Shown: positions 10,301 through 16,599 of the stretch, piece after piece | Position numbering within the stretch: position 1 is the first letter of the stretch | Layout of the letters: every line of letters starts with the position of its first letter | NCBI GenBank assembly: GCA_965368975.1 | Contig: CBDUPA010000009.1 | Location: 128,001-192,000 of the forward strand | Length of the DNA: 64,000 bases | Direction: 5' to 3' | DNA from: an uncultured bacterium | Lineage (GTDB): Bacteria > Acidobacteriota > Thermoanaerobaculia > Multivoradales > JAHZIX01 | Notes under the pieces: model-generated | What the model was told of the DNA's origin: nothing | The model's database searches: none | The model's input: the letters and a program-made list of their open reading frames with translations, nothing else | Translations under genes and position numbers: made by a program

Positions 10301-10885
10301 CCAGGCAAGGCGCCGGAGACGTGGGAAGGAGTCGAGCCAGAGAAGCTATTCGCACACCCTCGGGTGAACGTCACTTGGTACGAGGCCGTGTCGTTCTGCC
10401 GCTGGCTGGAGAGCCTGAAGGAGTTCGCAGGCTGTGGCGTGCGGCTACCCGAGGAAGAAGAGTGGGAGTACGCTTGCCGGGCCAGGACGGAGACGCGGTT
10501 CTGGAAGGGGGATGAGGCGCAGCAGCTGGCGGAAGTCGGCTGGTACGAGGACAACTCCGGGAATCGAACCCACCAGGTTGCTGGCAAGCCTGCGAATCCC
10601 TGGGGCCTGTACGACCTACATGGCAATGTGTGGGAGTGGGGAATCTCTGAATGGGATGAAGAGCGGTACCAGGGGCGGTCGTCCGAGGATGCCTATACGG
10701 CAGATCCTGCCGCCCCGGCGGCAGATCCTGCCGCCTCCCCCCGCGTCTGGCGCGTGTTGCGCGGCGGCGGCTACGGGAACGCGGCGCTGTGGTGCCGGTC
10801 GGCGTTCCGGGTCTGGTTCGACCCGTGGGTCGGGTGGGACGGGTGCGGGTTCCGTGTGCTGCTGTCCTCCGCCCCGAGCCGATAG
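7376..10885 (+). CDS. NLR-like protein: SIR2-like effector, NACHT/STAND NTPase and FGE-sulfatase (C-type lectin fold) domain; putative DGR target 1
   Basis: SIR2_2 motifs FVGAGAG, FVTTNYD, LHAHG, VGFSFGD; Walker A GPPGSGKTT and Walker B LLLLDSFDE; FWHRTFREALAA; CLec motifs VTNAQYAAF, VTWYEA, RLPEEEEWEYACRA, NPWGLYDLHGNVWEW, RVLRGG...GFRV. Start codon uncertain. Confidence 0.9.
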   Translation: MDGEGILDCKRETDVVDWRDIRGNRHAFDRFVALLHTGEAIGFVGAGAGAGLYPLWPKLIEQLADAAVAADESKAALKTAWCSKDFDPLQAAQQIRDCLGEGTFGEWIRGIFGPREGTDGKPYTATHAALARLGFNAFVTTNYDPALKLACSDAGLGKLVQDFDWQHDRVGLWLQGQLSTEREFSILHAHGKHDDITSVILGAKDYRRAYGDERYQELFKQLWTCHRLAIVGFSFGDAWLKVIADQALSSVDARRISGPRHVALLGLPEEHISAAEAYRAQVEEPWHLHALFYPIVTKSDENGATYPDHSALGDVLKRLLGEVESPRAKATTKAARPKTDPDPLDVWFGQVEAEHRRLGDHFDRPAELHLIEQAWVEVKVMPAHQERRDVRSEDVGDGKLPGHPTTLDKVLDWPIGSPSRNEGRWLLEGPPGSGKTTLLRHLAARLARGKSHAAIPVFVSLPRLIETGQELLTHATDGLGLANLSPVRDALAAAGRAGRLLLLLDSFDEIPRERRAPVRRLLTQLRQDEAWSKCRLVVSSRPIGRGQALEELPRLDLLPLDFGRRQEFLETWFRYAGQPEYRSEPEWTPEAEAAQAITYLTDTRGLRDLSGIPLYLTLLAVLWEQGVQPSGRLAELYAKIFELLLDGEHRREPQPMPNQDAVREALQHLAFGMTEDDCWAEAKKKLEGRLRTAEELCDRLGLVAAWKRNLFTFLDDVHERTQILGPHDGGRGDWRFWHRTFREALAAECLKEHYAERGDGEALLEWARQLEEGGEGRWGEPLALLAGGMDHADDLLLQLGEANPKLAVRAAVFAQGLKSETVRATLNLTEGDLDERAQVFESIPDQLGDPDACLALVEQLRQKERNGFDLFWLWWIAEEAGRRWKVESRVADVLDRFFEHIPAPKGAELFQSVESKLDGRVPLWREVPEGEGWVGSPEDEKERWDWEGPRHQVRIVRPFWLGSVPVTNAQYAAFDPGKAPETWEGVEPEKLFAHPRVNVTWYEAVSFCRWLESLKEFAGCGVRLPEEEEWEYACRARTETRFWKGDEAQQLAEVGWYEDNSGNRTHQVAGKPANPWGLYDLHGNVWEWGISEWDEERYQGRSSEDAYTADPAAPAADPAASPRVWRVLRGGGYGNAALWCRSAFRVWFDPWVGWDGCGFRVLLSSAPSR
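10736..10885 (+). repeat. Putative DGR variable region VR1 with 3' IMH-like segment (10847-10881)
   Basis: Only 6 A in 10741-10880; aligns codon-for-codon with 12832-12984 (minus strand), with differences concentrated at codon positions 1 and 2. Confidence 0.8.
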
Positions 10886-10887
10886 GC

Positions 10888-11186
10888 GATCTTAGATCAT
10901 AGAGAGTGTGGGTAAACCCGGCAGGCCGGCACAGCTTGCCGACCACCCTGGCTGATTCTGCCGGCAGTACTTCAGCAGATTGAGCCCAATCCCAGCTTTT
11001 CTGGTCGGAGTCAAGAGAGACATAGCGGTTGCTCCCGGCAAGATCTGCCGCCCCTGGTATCCGAGCTATCTGAACTCTGACCGGCAACAGCGCAACTTTG
11101 CCGGCTCGCACTGGGTGCCGGCCGATTCCTCCAGGGCTACCGGCAAGAATTGCCGCTCCGCCGGCAAGCCGGCAACTTCTGCCACC
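10888..11186 (+). repeat. ~300-nt non-coding element downstream of target 1 (left arm of a long inverted repeat)
   Basis: Homologous to the reverse complement of 12532-12832; shared blocks GATCATAGAGAGTGTGG, TTCTGCCGGCAGTA, CAACAGCGCAACTTT, CCGGCAAGA; several GGCA..TGCC hairpins. Confidence 0.85.
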
Positions 11187-11285
11187 CGGCACACGCCGCT
11201 GCACAGAACCGCGCAAATTTGCATTTCACCTTCGAGAAACGTCTACAAAGAGAGAGCAGACGAAACGAACCTTCGAGACAAAGTC

Positions 11286-11646
11286 ATGGAACTCTCCGCC
11301 CGCGCCGCCGCTACCCTGATGGGCCGCAGTCCGCGCACCGTCCGAGCCCAACTGGCTCGCGGGGATCTTCCAGGTGTTAAGCGCGAGGGGCGCTGGTGGA
11401 TCGATCGGTCGAACCTGCCCCTCACAGACGCACAGCGGCGTGGCCTTCACGCCAAGGCAGATCAGGTGCGCTCGGTTGTAGAGCACGCTCTGCCTTCACG
11501 AGCGGCGCAGCGGCTTGGTGAGCGGACACGGTCCGTCGCGGACTTGGACGGTTTCCGCCTGGGTGCCGACGTCCTGGCTTCCTTGCGCGCGGCTGAGGCC
11601 AGCGACCTTGCCCCCGAGGAGCGAAGAGCCGTGGCCTGGCGCCTGG
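11286..11646 (+). pseudogene. HTH (excisionase/MerR-like) protein with the start of a four-helix-bundle/Avd-like domain, truncated at the RT junction
   Basis: MELSARAAATLMGRSPRTVRAQLARGDLPGVKREGRWWID is HTH_17-like; SVADLDGFRLG resembles the four-helix-bundle N-terminal motif; after AVAWRL the frame runs on as non-protein-like sequence over the RT to a stop at 12053. Confidence 0.65.
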
Positions 11647-12531
11647 TTCCTCTTCCTGGAGGAGCAGTTGGAGGATCTGCAGGCCGAGCTTTCGGCCGGC
11701 ACCTACCGGCCGCAGCCGTGCGACTTCGTCTCGATCCGCGATCCCAAGCCGCGCGTCATCGCCCGCACCCTGCTGCGCGACCGCATCGTGCAGACCGCGG
11801 TGGTGCACCAGCTCGACCCGATCTTCGAGCCGACCTACACCCACGACGACTACGCTTGCCGTCCGGGCTACGGCACGCACCGGGCGGTGCTGCGCCTGCA
11901 GGAGTTTCAACGCCGCTACCGCTTTGCCCTGCACCTGGACGTCCGCTCCTACTTTCCGTCGATCGACCGCGACATCCTGCTCGCCTTGCTGAGTCGGCGC
12001 ATTCGGGACGTCAGGTTCCTGGATCTCGTCGCTCGGTTGCTCGCGATCGGTGACGAGCTACACGGGCACCCGGAGCTGCGCAAGCTGGCTGGGCTCGACC
12101 CCGACTGGCCTCCGCCGGGTCGTGGCTTGCCGATCGGCGCCCACAGCAGCCAGATGCTGGCGGCACACGTCTACCTCAACGGCTTCGACCACTGGGTCAA
12201 GCGGCAGCTGAAGGTACCGGCCTACTTGCGCTTTCTCGACGACACCTTCTATTTCGCCGACGGTCGCCGCAAGCTGGAGCGCTGGCGCAAGAGGATCGCT
12301 GAGTGGCTGATGGCCGAGCGCGGTCTGCGCTTAAAGCACCCGCAAGCCCGTATCGTCTCGTGCCATGGTCATCTCAACGCCCTGGGCCACCGGATCTCGC
12401 GCCAGGATATCCACTGTCTGAAGCGCCCCTTGCGGCGCTTGCACCGCCGCATCCGCCAGCATCTCGACGGCAGCTTGGACGTCGAATTGGAACGGACCAT
12501 CGCCTCCAGCGTTGGCATCATTCTGTTCTGA
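11641..12531 (+). CDS. DGR-type reverse transcriptase, N-terminally truncated or frameshifted
   Basis: GTYRP, RDPKPRVIA, RDRIVQ, YACRPGYGTHRA, LHLDVRSYFPSID, GLPIGAHSSQ (DGR-type SQ), YLRFLDD. No maturase or endonuclease tail, and no convincing start before AWFLFLEEQL. Confidence 0.85.
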   Translation, partial: AWFLFLEEQLEDLQAELSAGTYRPQPCDFVSIRDPKPRVIARTLLRDRIVQTAVVHQLDPIFEPTYTHDDYACRPGYGTHRAVLRLQEFQRRYRFALHLDVRSYFPSIDRDILLALLSRRIRDVRFLDLVARLLAIGDELHGHPELRKLAGLDPDWPPPGRGLPIGAHSSQMLAAHVYLNGFDHWVKRQLKVPAYLRFLDDTFYFADGRRKLERWRKRIAEWLMAERGLRLKHPQARIVSCHGHLNALGHRISRQDIHCLKRPLRRLHRRIRQHLDGSLDVELERTIASSVGIILF

Positions 12532-12832
12532 GGTGGCATGTTTGGCCGGCTTGCCAGGTGCGGGTGGCAAGTCTTGCCGGCAACCCTGGCAAGATCGGCT
12601 GGAACCCTGAGAAGGCCGGTAAAGTTGCGCTGTTGACGGTCAGAACTCAGGTGGCTCGGGTGCCAAGCGCGGCAGATATTGCCGGATACGACCCGCCCAA
12701 TCTGGCTCGCCTTGGCAAGTATTCTGGCGATCTGGCGAACTCTGGCGATCTACTGCCGGCAGAAACGGCCGAGTCGGCCGGCAAGCCCTGCCGGCCTGCC
12801 AGCTTCATCCACACTCTCTATGATCAAAGATC
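12532..12832 (-). repeat. ~300-nt non-coding element downstream of target 2 (right arm of the long inverted repeat)
   Basis: Reverse complement aligns essentially gap-free with 10888-11186; begins immediately after the RT stop codon (12529-12531). Confidence 0.85.
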
Positions 12833-12984
12833 TACGGCCGGCTCGGGGCGGAGGACAGCAGCACGCGGAACCCCAGGCTCCGGAACACGACCCACGGGTG
12901 CCACCCGTCCCGGCACGCCGACCGGCACCTCTGCGCCGAGTCCCAGCAGCTGCCGCCGCGCACCACGCGCCCGACGCGGGGGGA
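12832..12984 (-). repeat. Putative DGR variable region VR2 with IMH-like segment (12839-12873)
   Basis: A-poor on the coding strand; the 35-nt 3' block matches VR1 with 1 mismatch. Confidence 0.8.
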
Positions 12985-15900
12985 GGTGGCAAGATCTGCC
13001 GGGTGGGCAGCTGGCTCGACCGGATGCGGTGCCTCCGAGGTCCGTCCTTTGTAACGCTCTGCATCGAACTCGGACGCTGTCCACTCCCAGACGTTGCCAT
13101 GGACGTCGTAGAGCCCCCAGGCATTGCCGGGTTTTCCACCCACAGGATGCGTGGTTCCCTCTATGCCTTCCCCGTACCAACCAACCTCGGCCAGTCGCTC
13201 CTCGTCCTCGCCATTCCAGTACCGCGCTTCCGATCCCGCCCGGCACGCGTACTCCCAAACTTCCTCTTCTGGCAGGCTGGGGGCCGCACCCTCGAAACCC
13301 GGCTGGCAGGCCAGCCAGCGGCAGAAGGACACCGCCTCGTACCAGGTCACCACGACCTGAGGATGCGTGGCCAGCTCTTCTGGGTCGATGCCTTTCCAAC
13401 GATGAGAGTTCTTGCCCGGATCGAACGCTGCGTACACGGCATTCGTGACCGGTACCGCCGACAGCCAGCAGTCCGCCTGCAGTTCGACCTGATGTCTTGG
13501 TGTCTCGCGCTTCCGCTGGTCGTCGTCGACCTCATCGTCTCGGGAACCCACCCAGCCGACTCCCGCAGGAATTCGACACCACAGATCCTTCTCCTCGCCG
13601 TCCGGCCGCTGCCAGCGGCGCAGTAGCTCCGGATCCTCCACCTTGGGCAGATCATCGTAGATGCGCCGGCGCAAGCTCTCCGCCCGTTCGCGCAGGCCTT
13701 CCGAGGCTTGCCCCACCTGCCAGGCCGCATGGTCCAGGAAGTAGAGGTCATTGCCGTTGCGCACGCCCTGGCGCAGCCGATCGATCAGCCGCAAGCAGCG
13801 CTCCGGGTCCCCGATCAGCTCCGGCAACTGCTCGTAGACCTTCGACCGCTCCTCCCACTTATCCGTCAGCTCCAGGACCTCGCGCACGGTCTCGTCGCTG
13901 ACATTCTGCGCTGTCGGTAGGGCGCGCAGCGCGAGATCCCGATTGGCCTTCATCAGCTCCTCGAGCAAGGCATCCGCGTCCTCGACCCCGCCACACACCA
14001 GCGCGAAGGGCTCCGCCCACCGGCTCTCCTGCCCTTGCACCTCCCGGGCATGCTGGAGCAGGGTCTTGGAGTCCCACTCCGCCATTCGCTCGGCAGTCAG
14101 CGCTTCCTTGAAGGTCCGGTGCCAGAAGCGCCAATCCGCATCGTGGCCATCGTGCGGTCCGAGAATGCCGACCTTCTCGGCGACATCTTCCAGGAAGAGA
14201 TCCACCTTGCCATCCCAGCGATGTACCTTGCGCAACTCCTCGCGCACCGCCGCCAGGTCGTCCCGGTACATGCGTTCCTGCAGCTGCCCGAAGCGTTCCG
14301 CATCGCAGTTGTCGCAGGTCATCGATTCGGCGAGCAAGCGCAAGGTCTGGCGCACCAGCTCGGGGCGCTGGATCTTGTCGAAGCTCTTGTCGCCGGAGCC
14401 CAGCTTGTGCTTGCCTTCGATCAGCAGGTCGAACACCTGATCGTAGAGCTTGGAGCGGTTGCGCGACGGCTTGACGCCGTCTTCGAGCAGCAGGGCCATG
14501 AGTGTCAGGTAGAGGGGATTGCCGGTGAGTTCTTCGAAGCCGGGACCGTCGAGTTCGCGCAGAGCGTCCCTGGCTCGGGCGTGGTCCTCTTTCTTCTCGT
14601 TGCGCCCGAACCAGCGCGCCAAGAACTGGAGACGGCGCTCGCGATCGAGGGGTTGGAGCTGGAGTTCCTTGAAGCTGCCATCGAAGCGCCGATAGCCGAT
14701 GGGGCGCGTGGTGACGACGATGGGCGTGGTGGGCCAGCGGTCGGCAAGGCGGCGGACCTGCTGCTCGGCCTCGGGCCGGATCTCGGCGCTGACTTCGTCG
14801 AGGCCATCGAGCAACACGAGCAGCCGGCCTTCTTCGCCGGCATGGTCGAGGACACGGCCGGTACCCTCTCCAAACCCTTGACGCGCCATCTGTGTCTCGA
14901 CGCGATCCAGCAGGGACTTGCCGTCGCGCAGCAGCACGGGCAGCGACTGAAAGAGGGGGATCCAGCGTCGCTCGGCGTTCTTGGCCAGCTTGGCGGCGAG
15001 GTGGCGCAGGAGGGTGGTCTTGCCGGAGCCGGGATCGCCGCGCACGATCCAGCGCCGGGTCACCCATGGGTGTCGGGCTGGATCCAAGTCGAGTAAGTCT
15101 TCCAGGCTCTGATAGGGACGCAGAGGCTCCGCTTCTCCGAAACCACCAGATTCGGGGGAGTCGGCATCCCCCGTTCTTCCGGACGGCCGCCGCCGGGCCA
15201 GCTGGCCTTGCTCAGCCGCAGTCAGTTGCAGCTCGACATAGACGCGATCGAGCAGGACGAGTTCCTGATCGCGCTGGAAGGCCGGCACGAGGCGTTGGTG
15301 GGTGGACTCGACGTAGTGGAGCCAGGCGCTCAGGAGATCGTGCTGGTGTTCCTTGGGTATCGCGGCCTGGTGTTGTTGCAGCCCCTCGCGGAGCGCATGG
15401 AACTTGGCGATGCCGGCGTCTGAGGGTTCGACCTCCTCTTGGACAACATCCAGCACACGCTGAGCGCCAGCTGCCGGGTCATCGTCGCCGGTTGCCAGAA
15501 CGAGGGCGGCGGCGGCACGTTCTTCGGCGGCCTGGAAGTCGTCCAGGGCCTTACGGCTGTCGAGCCCCAGCGCGGCGGCCAGACCCCGGTAGGCGATCTT
15601 CTCGACAAAGAAGGGGGCCAGGGCATCGACGACCTGCCGGCGGAGAGACGGCGGCAAGCGACGTGCCGCGCCTGGATCGCCGACCGTGGCGGGCAAGTCT
15701 TTCTCTGTACAGCCGATGTACTTGGAGATGATCTTGGACAGGTCGATGCGGTACGCGTCGACACCGGCTTGCTCTTCCGTGCTTGCGGAAGCGATGCGCT
15801 CGAAGCGCTGCCGCAACCACGACGGCCAGGGCGTCGGCGCGAGATCGACAGCGAGCAGCTTACGGTCCGAACTGTGGCACAGCGTGTCCTTCCACAGCCG

Positions 15901-16560
15901 CCGCAAACTGCTGTGCGCCAGCGCTTCCGGCGAGACGAGAACCACGCCGACACTCGCGTCGGCAGGCACCTCGGGCCAGGGCTCGTCCTCCGACGGAATC
16001 CCCACCTCGACGCGCGCCAGCCCCTTGGGATCGACTTCGCGCAGACACGCTTGCAGATCTGCCGCCAACGCTTCGGCCCACTCCCGATCCACCGGTGCGG
16101 CGCTGAGCCACCAGACGGGCGGGTCGTTGCGGAAGAAGGCGCCGAAGAAGAGTTCGACGAGATACGGATGCCTACGGGCGCGTTCTTCGAGTTCGGTGCG
16201 ACCGAGGAACTCGGTCTCCAGGTCTCCGGCTTCCTTTTTGACGCGAGTCTCGAGATTCTTCGACAACGCACACGTCGCCAGCAAAGACCAAGCCTTCGGT
16301 TTCGGCTCTGGCGGATCGGCCAGAACCTTCCGGATCTCCTTCAGCGCCTCCGCCGGCCCCAATTCCTTCACCCGCTTGCACTGCGTCACCACCCGCCGAC
16401 CCTTCGGATCGACGCTGATCAGGTCGCAACCTTTGTCGTTGCCGGCATCGCCCAAGTGGCGCAGCTGCGTATGACCTTCAGCCCCCAGCAACGCGAAGCA
16501 GAAGCGCTCGAAAGCCTTGGCGCTGAGGGAGTGGAACTGCAGCTCGGTCGAAGCACGCAT
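12832..16560 (-). CDS. NLR-like protein: Mrr-type restriction endonuclease, TIR-like region, NACHT and FGE-sulfatase/CLec domain; putative DGR target 2
   Basis: FERFCFALL...DKGCDLI...VVTQCKR (Mrr_cat PD-(D/E)xK type); WLSAAPVDREWAEALA (TIR-like start, weak); GDPGSGKTT, LVLLDGLDE, FWHRTFKEALTA; NAWGLYDVHGNVWEW, RVVRGG...GFRV. Confidence 0.88.
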   Translation of the reverse strand: MRASTELQFHSLSAKAFERFCFALLGAEGHTQLRHLGDAGNDKGCDLISVDPKGRRVVTQCKRVKELGPAEALKEIRKVLADPPEPKPKAWSLLATCALSKNLETRVKKEAGDLETEFLGRTELEERARRHPYLVELFFGAFFRNDPPVWWLSAAPVDREWAEALAADLQACLREVDPKGLARVEVGIPSEDEPWPEVPADASVGVVLVSPEALAHSSLRRLWKDTLCHSSDRKLLAVDLAPTPWPSWLRQRFERIASASTEEQAGVDAYRIDLSKIISKYIGCTEKDLPATVGDPGAARRLPPSLRRQVVDALAPFFVEKIAYRGLAAALGLDSRKALDDFQAAEERAAAALVLATGDDDPAAGAQRVLDVVQEEVEPSDAGIAKFHALREGLQQHQAAIPKEHQHDLLSAWLHYVESTHQRLVPAFQRDQELVLLDRVYVELQLTAAEQGQLARRRPSGRTGDADSPESGGFGEAEPLRPYQSLEDLLDLDPARHPWVTRRWIVRGDPGSGKTTLLRHLAAKLAKNAERRWIPLFQSLPVLLRDGKSLLDRVETQMARQGFGEGTGRVLDHAGEEGRLLVLLDGLDEVSAEIRPEAEQQVRRLADRWPTTPIVVTTRPIGYRRFDGSFKELQLQPLDRERRLQFLARWFGRNEKKEDHARARDALRELDGPGFEELTGNPLYLTLMALLLEDGVKPSRNRSKLYDQVFDLLIEGKHKLGSGDKSFDKIQRPELVRQTLRLLAESMTCDNCDAERFGQLQERMYRDDLAAVREELRKVHRWDGKVDLFLEDVAEKVGILGPHDGHDADWRFWHRTFKEALTAERMAEWDSKTLLQHAREVQGQESRWAEPFALVCGGVEDADALLEELMKANRDLALRALPTAQNVSDETVREVLELTDKWEERSKVYEQLPELIGDPERCLRLIDRLRQGVRNGNDLYFLDHAAWQVGQASEGLRERAESLRRRIYDDLPKVEDPELLRRWQRPDGEEKDLWCRIPAGVGWVGSRDDEVDDDQRKRETPRHQVELQADCWLSAVPVTNAVYAAFDPGKNSHRWKGIDPEELATHPQVVVTWYEAVSFCRWLACQPGFEGAAPSLPEEEVWEYACRAGSEARYWNGEDEERLAEVGWYGEGIEGTTHPVGGKPGNAWGLYDVHGNVWEWTASEFDAERYKGRTSEAPHPVEPAAHPADLATSPRVGRVVRGGSCWDSAQRCRSACRDGWHPWVVFRSLGFRVLLSSAPSRP

Positions 16561-16599
16561 CGAGAGACCTCCAAAAACGTCGAAAAGACGTCGGAGATC

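Larger units (their letters stand above)
7376..16560. mobile_element. DGR-like retroelement / defence island (two targets, RT cassette, inverted repeats)
   Basis: DGR-type RT between two CLec-terminated NACHT genes with VR signatures; it interrupts a run of minus-strand housekeeping-type genes. Confidence 0.75.

Noticed and set aside
11187-11285. A-rich stretch as the DGR template repeat
   Set aside because: No alignment to the VR scaffold (CGCGGCGGC...TGCCGGTCGGCG...GGGTTCCG); more likely the promoter/leader of the HTH gene.
10980-12053. 357-aa ORF as one real protein
   Set aside because: It is a chimera of the non-coding repeat, the HTH gene (from ATG 11286) and out-of-frame read-through over the RT.
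11641-12531. RT as a retron, group II intron or CRISPR-associated RT
   Set aside because: It has the DGR-type SQ motif, no VTG retron motif, no maturase/HNH domain, and there are no cas genes or array.
10371-13448. Antisense ORFs 10371-11216 (-) and 12303-13448 (+) share similar translations (AGKVALL.VR.Q.AR.P.AAD.AG...HTLYD) and could be a small protein family
   Set aside because: The similarity follows from the nucleotide repeat. Mismatches are not consistently at third positions, there is no common start, and both run antisense through the CLec genes.
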